Below, piece after piece: positions 25,486 through 38,707 of a stretch of 64,000 bases of DNA. The translations under genes and the position numbers were made by a program. Each line of letters begins with the position of its first letter. Within the stretch, counting starts at the first letter, position 1. Source of the DNA: Azolla caroliniana (Eukaryota > Plantae > Polypodiophyta); contig JBHGNT010000002.1 of NCBI GenBank assembly GCA_043228905.1, positions 6,262,001-6,326,000 of the forward strand. The letters run 5' to 3'. Under the pieces are notes generated by a model, which did not search any database, was not told the DNA's origin, and saw nothing but the letters and a program-made list of their open reading frames with translations.

Positions 25486-27930
25486 CCCATGTACGTTGAT
25501 GACCTACCAACGCACTTTCATGGAAGTCTAATATTATAAACAATTTCCATTCGTCATTTCTACTGGCAACACTTTGTGGTATCTCTCTTTTCTTTGTAGA
25601 AGTACTTCTAAGATTTCTTCCAAATTCTTTGGACCATTACACTTTTGAGGTCATCAACTTCAAGAATTTCCCAATCACCAACCATGCCCCTTCATACTCA
25701 CTTTCCTTGAAGGTGGAAAATGTTCCCATGACATCCCTCTAAATGACCATAGGAGACAATTTGAAAAGATAAGAGTCCTTCATATCCATCCACATCTTGC
25801 CTTCCCAATTGTATGTAGCTCTAGAGAACATGTTGACTATAGCATTTTGCTTTCTAGAAAAATGTCAAACCTCTATGTTATCCATCTCAACATGAATATA
25901 TCCAATGTTGAACATCTGAAGATCATGCCAAGGATAAAAAAAAAAATCTATCTCAATAATTACATTTGTCCCAATCAAATAATGAAGATCCAAATTATTT
26001 GATCGCCAACACAATATCCCATAATACTATTTTTACTTGGGTACAATTCCTTTATCTTTCATGTGGTACCTTCTCCAAACCGGATAAAATATCAACCCCA
26101 TCTTGACATTGTTGGTTGGTCTCCCATCCAATTCTTGTCAAACTTGTATCTACTATCACAAAGACTTTTACCCCAGATGCATAGTTAGACTTTGTCAGAG
26201 CTAGTTCTTCTAAGTTGTAAGCCTTTGAGCCTTCTCATTACTTCGACATTTGAACTTTCTTCCTTTCTAAGGTAGCCTATACAAGGGTTTTGCCAGATAC
26301 ACATAACATGCAATCTATTTCCCATTTGAACTTTCTTCCTTTCTTAGGTAGCCTATACAAGGGTTTTGCCATATACACATAACATGCAATCTATTTCCCA
26401 TTTGAACTTTCTTCCTTTCTTAGGTAGCCTATACAAGGGTTTTGCCATATACGCATAATATGCAATCCAAAATGTGGTAAAATGCATGTATGCCCCCAAG
26501 AATCTTCGTAATTCGTTTTGTGATTGACATTCTTCTTTCATTTTGTGGATGGCGTTCACCTTTTCTAGAGGGAGCTTTTGATTAAATGATCTGCAAAGGT
26601 ATCCCACAACTAGTACCTCTTGTTTCCCGAATGCCAATTTGTCATAAGAGAACATGATGTATGCACCTTCATTCCTTTGTAACAACCTTCCACAATTACC
26701 AATGTTGTTAAAAACAAATTACGAGAACCCATTTGGCCCTAACATTTCATCCTTCTTTGAATTCAAACATCTTTTGATGCGAATTTCATCCAAACGTTTA
26801 TTACATTCGAGGATACAACTAAATAGTCTACACTATTGTTGTCCCTTTCTCTAATAGTCCATAGTAGAAATCGTCTCTATTGTCACTCTTAAGACTATCC
26901 CAATTTTTTTCATAGTTTAGTTGAACAATTAAGAACTTTACCAAACCTTCCTTGTCTTGACCTTGAACCTGTGCATGCACAAATTCATTATCAAGGAATT
27001 TCATCTCCATTGGAACTAGTGTACTATACAGTTCTCTAGGGATAACAGAATACATTGCCAAATTTTGGATGAAGAAGTATTGGATGGTTTTGACATCACC
27101 AATTTTCACATGTACTTTAGCCCCATGTAGTTCCCCAATGGCTTTTGTGGTTTCTCAAATCTTCCATCCATGTCTTGAAGTCATTGTCTAGTGTCCCTAT
27201 CAATTTTGTCCAAATATATAAGATTAATATTCGCCCCATGATCAATTAATGCCACAATTGGCTCCTTAACATTCCAAATCCAAACATGGGTTTCAGTCGT
27301 TGATCTAGCCTAGGGTGGCCTCGTGTAATGACTATTAGCATATTCTTCATTATCTTTGAGTGCTTAAATTATGGTAGCACTCATGGACATGTTCAAGGGT
27401 TTGGATCCTTTTACTATGGTACATTAGGTTTATATTTATTCATAAGAGCAAAGTTAACATCATGAAACTCTTTTTTAATAACCCCGAGGATTTCCTGTAA
27501 TGTAAAGTCCACTTAATTTCTTAATAGTCTCTCAAATCCCAAGCTCAAATATGTTGGAATACCTGTCTCTTTTTACTTTTTTATTCATCATGGGATCCAC
27601 ATTCATCTTCTAGCTTCACTAAGTGTCATGCTTCTTGGAAGGGCCAGGTTTCTTGTCTATTCATGCCCTTTTCTCTTCGACTAAGACCGCATAATTTGGA
27701 CAAATTTCCTCCACAAGGCCTTTTTCCTCCTCCATGGGATCATCCCAACCTATCATTTTCTGTACCCATCTCTTGGATTCATCTGCCTCATCCTTTCACA
27801 ATTTCCCCTTCCCTACATGCTCCATGACGATTGGCCCAAAATTCTCTTTCATGAGAAACCCTGGCTCTTGTCTAATGACCTACTAAGATCCCATTTGATG
27901 AGGAGTCTGGATTGTCTTCTTCCATTAGTA
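25486..27930 (-). mobile_element. Highly decayed Ty3/gypsy pol remnant (protease, RT, RNase H, integrase start)
   Basis: IVALIDHGANINL protease near 27230-27260; ELRRFLG RT motif (ORF 26353-26685); RNase H-like NAIVNMFSRA. A ~76-bp internal repeat occurs at 26270-26450. Confidence 0.7.
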
Positions 27931-28239
27931 TGGACCAAAGTAAACTTTTAGTATCATTTTTCATTAAATGCATACAGTTCAACCTTACGTAAACTGCATT
28001 GCAATTCATAGTAGCATTACTTAAATACCAACATGTGCTCTTAAATCATACAACATGGACTCGTATGAATCATTTGAGAAAAAACTACAGGTTTTATGTA
28101 AACTTGCTTTTATGTATCGGTGACCGCATTCATCTACCATAACATTTGAAGGCATCATTCATGTTATTCAAAATCACTTTAATTTGCATAGACATACATA
28201 ATTCCAATTAAAGAATAAATGTATTTATTCTTTGAAAGA

Positions 28240-29368
28240 TCATGTTGCCTGTTGGTATGTTCGATCGGTAATAGTGTTGCCACCATCGATAATAAGGTTG
28301 TGGCCACTCACAAAAGCAGACTCATCCGACGCCAAATATAAGACAGCTTGTGCAACATCTGAGGTAGAAAATGTATGACCAACAAGAACATTGGTGGAGT
28401 CAACAAACGCTTGAACCTCATGCTCTGATACTGAATGCTTACCAGTAAGATCTCGGAACAATTTCATGGAAACTGGTGTTATGACTACAGATGGGGAAAC
28501 ACAGTTCACACGAATCCCATACTTCCCTAGATCACTAGCTGCTCCTTTCATAAGCCCAAGAAGGGCATGTTTTGAAATGGTGTATTCTATAGGTGCTACA
28601 GATGCGGTAACACTTGCCATACTTGAAGTACAAATAATAACACCCCTTGTTTGGGTCTCAACCATAACCTTACTCGCATGTTTTACGGCAAGGACCATAC
28701 CACGTAGATTGACATTCATCACATTGTCGAAGTTCGTTATATCCAAGTTTTGCATCCCACCCGTCACATTTCCGACGATCCCGGCATTACTATACATTAT
28801 GTCAAGCTTCCCCCACTTGTTCAATGCTTGTTTTACAAGTCCCTCCATGTCCGACTCCAGTGTCACATCACAATGCTTGTAGATAGCGACGTGGTGGCCG
28901 AGCTCATCTGCAAGATGGGTGCCCAAATCATCCTGGATATCTCCTATTACGACCAAGGCACCATTTTCAACAAACAAGCGCGCGGTTGCCTCACCGATGC
29001 CACTTGCCCCACCTGTGATGACACACACTTTGCCCTCGAGCCTATCTCATGCAATTAATAAACACCGCAAAGAATGATCGAGCTTAATAATTCTTGTAAA
29101 CACTATACATTTGTCCAAACTACAGAAATTGTATCCAAATTTATAACAATGAGGGATGAGACTCATGGAAAAAACAAAGCAATCTCAGTTCAAGTACTAT
29201 TAAACAAAGCAACCAACAACTCTCATTAGATTAATGTTGTATTGAAACCTCAAAACCACCAAACCAAATTAAGATATAAAGCCATATTGAGATGGTTGAA
29301 AATATTGAATGGGTAGTAATGAGTAAAATGAACCAAAATGAAACTAATTACCTTCGAGCACTTGCCAT
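28240..29368 (-). CDS. SDR2: SDR110C-like dehydrogenase; exons 29368-29352 and 29041-28240; 272 aa
   Basis: Same exon structure and motifs as SDR1 (intron 29042-29351, GT-AG); intact ORF. Confidence 0.93.
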
Positions 29369-29405
29369 TTTCTTGTGAATGATTTCATAACCTTCCCATT
29401 CGTTC

Positions 29406-29412
29406 TTATATA
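29406..29412 (-). promoter_or_regulatory. Putative TATA box of SDR2
   Basis: TATATAA on the minus strand at the same position as in SDR1. Confidence 0.55.
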
Positions 29413-29635
29413 GAATGAAAGAATTATAGTTTTATAAGATTCCCATTCATTGTTTTGAATAAAATATTATAATAGATTTAGACAAAATTATAAACTAATT
29501 GATTGACAAATATGCAAATGTAGACACTAGTATTGCCACGTTTTGAGTTCCACCATGTTTGATTGACTAATTATCATAGACCTAGACTGATTATAATATA
29601 ATATTATCATAGACAAATTGTAAACTAATTGATTG

Positions 29636-29874
29636 TCAATTGTGCAACTTGATCAATGCTTGAGTTACGAGGCCTTGTAAGATTGATGCCATTATGTCAT
29701 CATAATCCTTATAAATAGCAACATGTTCATTAACCTCATCACCAAGATGGGTATTCATATTTTCTTGGGCATCTCCTATTATGACCAAGTCATTGTTTTC
29801 ACCAAATCAGCACGTGGTACCATCAACCATGCCACTTGCTCTACCATTGATGATGACTACTTTCCCCTTGAGGA
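29636..29874 (-). pseudogene. Degenerate SDR exon-2 fragment (N-terminal ~80 codons) in the SDR2 promoter
   Basis: Translates as ILKGKVVIINGRASGMVDGTTC*FGENNDLVIIGDAQENMNTHLGDEVNEHVAIYKDYDDIMASILQGLVTQALIK, colinear with the SDR N-terminus. Confidence 0.85.
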
Positions 29875-30465
29875 TAGGCCATGTGAATAATACAAACTGC
29901 AAAAAAGAAATGGGGTCTTGATCATATTTTCTAAAGACTATTCCTTTCATAACATTGTCGATTAAGGGGACCCCATTTTCCTTTTCGTCGTTTGACATTA
30001 TTATTATTTATTGATATTGCAGTAATAATGTTTTTAGCAATTATTGTCATCGTAAAGGCATATGAAAGAATATTCATAAATAACTACAAAATAATTTGTA
30101 ACATGATACGTGTTAGTCCATGCTAAGGAGTGGATGATCAAATCATGTAGTTGACAAAACAATTTGATGAGTTGGTCGGTTGATCAAAAGCTATGGCTTT
30201 TGTTATGGATTAACAAAAAAAATCAATGTGTTCTCACAAGAATCCACAAATTCTAGGGTGTGAAAGATGCAAGCAAAACAATAGGTATCCTAGACCAGGA
30301 AAGATGGAATTTGATATTTCTACCTACGTTGATTTTGGTGAAGCCAATGTCTGTAGGATGGCTTTTGTTATGGATTAATAAAAAAAAGGTCAATGTGTTC
30401 TCACTGATCAAAAGTGATGTCTTTTGTTATGGATTAACAAAAAAAGTCTATTGTGTTCTCACAAG

Positions 30466-30923
30466 TAACAATCGGCAACAGTTCGGTTCGGTTCAAGAGT
30501 GTCCAAACCGAACCAGTTTGGACCCGAACTGTTTACGAATCTTCAAACTTGAACCAAACCAAACCACGAAACCATTTGGTAAAAATCCAAACCGTTAAAC
30601 CGCTAAAACTACGGTTTCGTGGTTCGGTTTCGGTTTTCGACATAAGTCAAAATTCAAAATGTAAAATTTAAAATTTAAAGATTTTTCCTAAAATGTGAGA
30701 ATTAGGCCTTAAAATAAAAATGTTGTTTAAAAAAAAAGTTTACAATTTATTTTATTTTTTTAGAATTAAAAAAACCATCGAACCGTTTAAACTGCGGTTT
30801 TAAACCATTAAAACCAAACAGAACCGCACCGTTCAACCCCCAAACCGAACCGAACTGTTAAAACCATTATGCTGCGGTTTCGTAGTTTGGTTCAGTTCGG
30901 AACAGAACTGTTGCCGATTGGTA
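30466..30923. mobile_element. hAT-type MITE, 458 bp
   Basis: 19-bp TIRs TA(A/C)CAATCGGCAACAGTTC; 8-bp TSD CTCACAAG/CTCGCAAG; many subterminal AACCG/CGGTT motifs; a paralogous empty site at ~30225-30250. Confidence 0.88.
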
Positions 30924-31415
30924 CTCGCAAGAATCCACAAATTCTAGGGTGTGAAAGATGCAAACAAAATAATAGATATCCTAGACTAGAAAAGATTGAA
31001 TTTGATTTTACTACCTATGTTGATTTTGATGAAGCCAATGTGTGTAGGATGGCATGTCCATGTACACTTGGCCCAATCCCTTCTTTAATTATATTTAGAA
31101 GCACTTAGGATTGTTCTCATGAGAGTGTGTGGGGATATCTACTTGGGTCTTTGAATTTCTTTATTTTAGGAGTGAGTGATTGTATAAGATCAATTGGGTG
31201 TTTGTAAGAATATCCATACCCAAGAAGGTACCAAGTCTCTGCATATGGTTGTTTTTAATGGTTGTGTATGAGTATGAATGCAAGCATTCAAACGTTTGGA
31301 AAGGGAAAAATGCATGATGATTTTTGTTTGTTTTTCAATAACTATTATTACAAATTACCTCACCTTAGTGGTAAGTTGTGATGCCAATGTTGTTTATGTC
31401 TTGGGTTCAATCCTC

Positions 31416-31765
31416 AATTTTCTCATCTCTTCATCATTACTGTCATGTCATACCAAAATTTTATGTGTGTTATATTAATTTTCTCATTTCTTTATCGTTA
31501 GTGTCATGTCATACCAAAATTTTATGTTAGTGTTATATTAATTTTCTCATCTCTTTATCGTTAGTGTCATGTCATACCAAAATTTTATGTTAGTGTTATA
31601 TTAATTTTCTCATCTCTTTATCGTTAGTGTCATGTCATACCAAATTTTTATGTTCGTGTTATATTGATTTTCTCATCTCTTTATCGTTAGTGTCATGTCA
31701 TACCAAATTTTTATGTTAGTGTTATATTGATTTTCTCATCTCTTTATCGTTAGTGTCATGTCATG
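31416..31765. repeat. 63-bp minisatellite, ~5.5 units
   Basis: Unit TTTTCTCATCTCTTTATCGTTAGTGTCATGTCATACCAAA...GTGTTATATT(A/G)A. Confidence 0.92.
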
Positions 31766-31802
31766 TAATTGTAACGGTTGTAACAGTCATGTCATGGAAA
31801 TT

Positions 31803-32512
31803 TTTTATGTTAGTGTCATGTTCCTTTTTTTTCTTTCTTTGTTATTAGAAATTAGCTCACCCTAGTGGTAAGTTGTTATGTTGTTACTACCTATGTCATG
31901 TTTTCTTCATCGATTATACATTTTATGAGTTTTTGAACATTTGATTTTAATTTATAATGACATATTTTGATTCAATCTCTATAGTTCATACTCTTTTTTT
32001 TGTAAAGTTCTAAAGTGAGGAGGGTTGAGATGTCCCAAAGGTATGCATTTGAGACAATGCAAATATTGCAACCATACTTATGTTGTCGTTCACAATGGAT
32101 TAGAAATTAGGTCAACTTAGTGGTAAGTTGTCATGCTATTATTGCCTATGTCTTGGCTTCAATTCCCAATTTTCTCATATCTTGTCCTTAATGTAATGTT
32201 ATGGCCAAATTTTATGTTAATGTCATGTTCCTTTTTTTTCTTTCTTTGTTATTAGAAATTAGCTCACCCTAGTGGTAGGTTGTTATGTTACTACTACCTA
32301 TGTCATGTTTTCTTCATCGATTATACGTTTTATGAGTTGTTGACCGTTTGATTTTAATTTATAATGACATATTTTGATTCAATCTCTATAGTTTATACTC
32401 ATTTTTTTGTAAAGTTCGAAAGTGAGGAGGATAGAGATGTCCCAAAGGTATGCATGTGAGACATTGCAAATATTGCAACCATACTTATGTTGGTGGTTCA
32501 CAATGGATTAGA
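31803..32512. repeat. Direct duplication with ~410-bp period (31803-32104 / 32211-32512)
   Basis: Block TGTCATGTTCCTTTTTTTT...CACAATGGATTAGA occurs twice. Confidence 0.85.
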
Positions 32513-32831
32513 GTCCATTTATTGGGATTGAGAGTGAATCAATATATAATATAGACCATAGTCAATCCAATCCAACTTCGAGATGATTTACCGTAAACGT
32601 TTGATTGAATCATTCTCGAATGCGAATGCACGTATGATACACATGGTTCATTCTATGTGTGTATATATGTAAGGTTTAAATATCTCTTAGTACATAAGTG
32701 CACTTCGGTATTTTTCTTTTATATATGTGTGTGTACATGTTTTTATATATATGTTAATGTGCAAAGGGGATGTACGTGTAAATAATGTGTGTATTTATAT
32801 GTATTAATGAATGTGTGTGTGTGTGTGTGTG

Positions 32832-35800
32832 TTTTCCAAAAATACACTCCTTCCATTAGTTATAAAATTTTATAAATGAGATGATTATGTACAATCCCTG
32901 TAGGGACATGATAGTTCCATCTTATGTGGATGCCCACTGACTCAAGAAAGGGAGAGGACGACCATTGTTGGATGAAGGCTATTAGTTGTCTTTTAACTAC
33001 ATCGGAGCTGCCCTTGAGGCCATCATATTGGCTCTTTAGAGTGGCTACAATTTCACTCCATATCTCTTGCAGTAACATTGTGGGATGCGCAGTTTGGTTG
33101 GAGAAGACCCGTCTACACCGTTGTTTCCATAGAATCCAAAGAGTTATTGGGTTGACCAATTCCAACAGAACTTGAGATTTGTCATTAAGAGGAGTTGAGT
33201 GGACATTGCCAATGGTGGAGAAAAAAACCTCTTGTGCTTTTATCACCAAAGTCAGCCCCTCCTCCTGATGCTCATATCTTCCAACTGGGGTCTACCATGA
33301 TAGCCAACATATATTTTGTTAAGAAAACGTGAAGAAGGCAATCGGGCTCTTCTTATGTGCGCGACGGATCGTGGTGTGTTGGATCGTTTGGTGCTCAAAC
33401 ACAGAAGGAAAGGGGGAAGGAGACTTGCCTAAACTTCTTCTATTTCATTACCCACAAAGCTCTACTTGCTCTCATCTATTTCTCTCTTCAGCTCTCACTC
33501 TCTGAGTTCTTCCTCTCTATCCACACTCTCTCTCTCTGAGTTCTACTTCTTGTATCTTTCTTACTTACCTACTCTCTTACTTTTTTACCTAAGTAATAAG
33601 TTACTTACATATGCAACTAATTAGCTGCCTGTAGCTAATTAGCTGTCAGTCGCTAAATAGCTGTCAGTAGCTAATTAGCTTTTTCTCCTTTATGTTCACA
33701 AGTAGTTAAATAGCTACTATAGCTTATTTCCCAATAAGCATCACATACCATGTTGAGCTTGCTTCTCAACATATTTCCCCACTTGATTGAGCCTTGCACT
33801 TGGCATAATTGCAACAAGTGGCCAACCCCCTGCATATTCGATGGGACGTTGGGCAGTCCCACAGAGCGTGTCGTATTGATTCTACTGCATTTGGACACTC
33901 TACACAATTAGGAGAGCTAAGGTTCCCACGTTGCCATGCTCCCACCAGTAGTGACTTATGTATTAATAGCCATTGGAACGTGGTAATTCGCCTCACGTGT
34001 TGTTGTTTCCAAATTTTCTGTCAAAACTTGGTGATAATTGTGTGAGGAACTTGATATGTGTGCCAGACCTTTGTAGTTGTCGGCTCTCAGGCAGTTTGAG
34101 CAGCTAGGATGTGGTGATCCAATCTAGTTGTGAATTGGAAGAAAGGGATGGGTTTGCTTCCTTGCTCCTCGTAAGGATCGCACCATGTCCATTGCAAAGG
34201 GTCCCAATTGACCTTACATAGCCATGTGTTTTCATGAGTACATATGTGCCAATCGGGTTGTACTTTGATCGGATCAGGATCTACAATCCATTTATGACCA
34301 GTATACACAAGCACTCGAATTGCGTTATTCTTTGTTGGTGTCTCAATGGCGTGCAATTCAGAGCCTTTGATCCTGTCTGGTGATCCTCTACCTCTTGGGA
34401 TCAAAGATCCCTCCTCCTCGTAGCCTATCCATTTCTCCATTGTCGTCCTATCAGTAGCGCCTTCCCTAATCAATAGAGCATTATTGATTTCTAATCTCAT
34501 AGTCCATCCGCCCCTGATGCCATGGAGTATGTTGGCTTGATCTTGTAGTGGCAGTGACATAAACCGTCTCCAACATTCTATACTTTTTCCCGAACCTTTT
34601 GCAATGTATCCCCATGACAACCCCTTACTTTATCCAAGTAGTTAATTAAATTCATTCTTGATACATGGGTTCCATTGGATACGTTGACTGAGCCAGGCAG
34701 GTTCGAAACTCGGTTGATTGCACTTGAGCCCTTCTCTAATGTCACACCATGCCTTCCACATGGATGCACTGAATTTATACTCCAATTGGCGGGAGAAACT
34801 AAGTTTGAGATCCATGTTTAGAATCCATCCCGTTTGGGGGGCCCAATTAACCCCTTTTCTTGGCCTAAAGTATGCGAAACGTAACTGCAGTAGCATTTTC
34901 CAACAATCATTTCCTAGTTGGAGTCCTTGCACCACAAATTTGGGAAGTAAGGCTTTTGATTGTGAGAGGGGATCAACCAAACCCAATCCCCCTCTCGACT
35001 TAGGTGTTGTGAGTATAGGCCATGCCACCTTGGTGCCAGTTACATGATCTTCCTTACTAGACCAAATGTAGTTGCGTACCAGTTGTTGAATCTGATGCAT
35101 ACTGTCCTTGGAGATTGTCCAACATGATAGATTGTACCATGTTGTTGCGAGTAGTACCTGGTTTCCCACTATGATGCGACCCGCTAGCGATAGTTTCTTC
35201 GAACTCCAATGTATCAACTTTTGTCAAATGGAATGGATAACAGGTGCAATCATAGTCTCCGGCGGTATGTTGAAACCAATTTGGAACCCCAAATATTTGG
35301 TGCTCGCTCCTTGATTGATCCATTTGAAAGCAGGATGTGGGTGCCACGCAGGATGTGTTTCATGAGAAAGCCATATTGCACAGGATTTGTGCCAATTGAT
35401 CATGGCATTGAATCTCTTGCAAAATACGGCTAACCCACTTTCAAGCTTTTGTAGGTTTTCCAAGTCCCCTTGCAGGTAGACCGTTGTGTCATCCACAAAT
35501 TCTATATCCAGGATGCTTTGATGAGAATGAGGCACCAGAAGACCATGTAGGTTGAGATGCCGCGAGTTGAGAAAGCAAGAGAGTGCTTCGGCGTATAATA
35601 GAAATAAGGATAGAGCTAGTGGGCATCCCTGTCGTACAGATCGGGATATTCGGAAAAAGGGGCCCCTTTCACTTGCCAGTGAAATGCAACTATTGTCGTT
35701 CCTATAAAGTCCTGCAATGCCTTTGATCCATGTCTCTTGAAAGCCAAGTTTCCCCATCACACTTTCAAGAAAGTTTCAGCAAACCATGTCATATGCTTTC

Positions 35801-38707
35801 TCAAAATCTAGTAGCACCACCGCTACCTTGTTGTTGGTACGCTTGGCAAGGGCTACTGCTTCCCAAAATGAGAAGAGGTTGTCTAGGATGCTCTGATTTC
35901 TAACGAAACCTGTCTGGGATGGATGAATGAGTTGAGGGAGAAGAGGTGTTAACCGGCTTGGCACGATTTTTGCGAGCAACTTATAGACAGTATTGAGAAG
36001 AGTTATGGGCCGCCACTTGCTAATGTCGTTGGCACTACCACCACTTTTAGGAATGAGATGTATCATCCCTTGTCCAAATTCCTCCGGTATGTTTCTAGAC
36101 GTGATGATCTCCTCATATGTCTGGAGGAGGTCTTCTTTAATAGTGTCCCAAAGGCATGTGAAAAAGTGAGGGGTGAGGCCGTCGATTCTGGAGCAACTAT
36201 CTACATCCAAATCAGAGAGGGCCTCCCATATCTCGATGGTTGATAGGGGACGCACGAGCCATGTATTCATTTCCGTCGTGACTTTCTTGGGTATGCTTTG
36301 GAGGATAATATCTTCTCTTATGTCTTCCCCTGTGGCCATAGTATCTTCAGTAAATAGGTGCTTATAGTAACCTGTGGCAATATTCCTCATTTCATCACCA
36401 TCCTCAGTGGTTATTCCATCCGCTCGGTTGAGGCCACACATCATTATTCTAGCGTGCCTCGGGCCTTTGGAGCAGAAGAATTCCTTCGTGGTTTTGTCCC
36501 TTACTCTAATCCATTGCACCATGCTTCCATGAAACTCCATGTTGTATATTTCCTTTTCCGCCATGCTGAGTTCATGTTTGGCCATGGCAACTTGTCCTAC
36601 AATCCAACTACATGACGGATATCTCTGTTGGAGTCGTTGTAAGGCTATTATTCCCCGTTTTGTTCTCTGTCGCTTTTCTTGAGCATCCTTGCTTCTGGTC
36701 TTGACAAACTCATGTAGGAGAGTTGAAGCTCTTGTTAATTTAGCTAGAAGTTTGTCAAATACTGATGAGACATTGACAGGTAATGACCATTGGTTGGAGA
36801 GTTGTTCCTTCACCTTTATAACTGTGTAGATAGTGTGCATGATGTGAGGCTGGAATGGGCCCCATTTTTGGTGCAATTGGAAATGACCAACTACCGGGTA
36901 ATGGTCAGAGAAAGTCATGCCTGGAGTTATGCGACACCACCCTCCCTTCGCTTCTAGAGCCTCTCCCACATAAATGCAGTCACTGCGGGAAAGAGTGGGT
37001 TCACTATTCCGCCCGTCTCATCGGGAGAATAAGAGAGAGTCCCTTTTTCATTGGAAGTTGTCAGAATGCCAAATGTCTCGCAGGTTAAGGTGTACACATT
37101 GCTTCTCCCATTGTTTACGTTCTCTTCCTTGTAGAACTATGGGGTTGTTGTTGGAGCTATCATGAATGGATTCAATCATATTAAAATCCCCTCCAATACT
37201 TGTAGGCGGATGCGTTCCCAGAATGTTGCCCTTTCTGTTCTGCTATTTGGAGCATAAACATTCATGAAATTCCAGCGTTGCCCTTGGATGGCCAACGTAT
37301 AAAAATGTGCCCTACCAGGTATAAGTGATTCCTGGTGTATGAGGCCTTGGGCTAGATGTTCCCGAATTAGAGTGCAAATACCACCATGATTTCCGTCCTC
37401 CCCTATTGTTGGCTCCCAAATTGTTCACCATGATCTTGATAAAAGATCTCCGACTTCCTTTAAAGGAGTACTATCAAGGTGATGTTCCTGCAACATGATG
37501 ATGTCAGCATCACCCCCTAATATATATTCCTCAAGATCTCTTCTCAGTTTCCATCCATTTTGTTGGTCCAGTCGACTCCTGAGCCCTTGCACATTCCATG
37601 TTACAATCTTCATAATCATATAATGGAGTGGGAGATTTGTGCCTGATGCTTTGCACAACATGTTGTGAGTGGGGAGCACTCACCATTTAGACAACCCGTC
37701 ATTTCCATTGATGGAATGATGGTCCACATCCATGAGTGGAATTTGTGGGCTATCCTATGAGCTTCAATCGCCCCTTCATGCTTCTCATAGAAATAGAAAA
37801 GGCTTGGAGTTAGTTTGGTGTCTATGATAGTCCGTAGGTGGATGTGGCGGAGATGAGGTTCCTCTTCATCCATGGTGCACAAGAATTCAGTGTTATGCCA
37901 ATGTTGCTTTAGTTTGTTCATGAGGTCTTCATCACTTATTTTTGCTACAAAGCATGCTGCTTGGCTACATAGCGTATCTTTAATCTTGGATTTCGACCAA
38001 TCTTCATGTGTCGGAACCAAGAGTGGAAAGGAGATTGAGGTCGTCGGAACTCTGTTATTGTATACTTCCGATACATGTACCCTTATTTTTTGCACTATCT
38101 TGTGCCCAATACCTAGCCATTTCAAGGCGTTTTGCAGGTGTGGTTCAAGGTCTTGGCTAGAGGAATCACACTCATTTGTGCCCAGGAAGACTATGATATG
38201 AGGCATGACATTCAAACTTCTACCTTGGTTTGTTGCTTCTGCATTGGGTGCCATTCCACTCAAGCTCCGTATTAAGGTCTTAACATGACTTATCCTCCTT
38301 CGCTTCCCTGTTTTGTAAGCTTTAACGAGAACTTTCTCTTGTGTGCTTGGTATCACCTTAGGCCATTCCTGGGGACTTAAGAAAGAACTACGGGAATTAT
38401 CGTCCGTGGGGAGGAGCTCTTGTAGTAGATCAAATCGATTGGGGCTCATTGGCGATGGAGGATTTTGTGCCTGTGGAGTTTTCCGAAGGACATGGGTTTT
38501 TCCCACCACTCGCCATTCCATCACAGCCTTATCGGGTCGTGGTGGGGGAGGCTTCTGATGTCCTATGTTGTCCTGACCTTCCAGAGTCTCCTTCATAGGA
38601 TCTTTAATATGTCTTGTAGGGCAATGCTTTTTTAAATGACCAAGTTTTTTGCATGCAAAACATTGCTCCGGTGCGCCAATCACTTCTATGCGTTGAATGT
38701 GTGTATT
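32832..38707 (-). mobile_element. LINE (L1/Tx1-like), decayed: partial ORF1 and ORF2 (APE endonuclease, RT, C-terminal Cys domain)
   Basis: ORF1 knuckle CFACKKLGHLKKHC. ORF2 motifs MKIVTWNVQGL, SDHYPV, WRPITLLN, LDFEKAYD, RQGCPL, FVDD, KYLG, LWILWKQRCRRVF. The 5' end is cut by LTR G. Confidence 0.92.
33317..33771. mobile_element. Solo LTR (455 bp) inserted in LINE ORF2
   Basis: Termini TGTTAAGAA...TTCTCAACA; TSD TATTT at 33312-33316 and 33772-33776. Confidence 0.85.
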
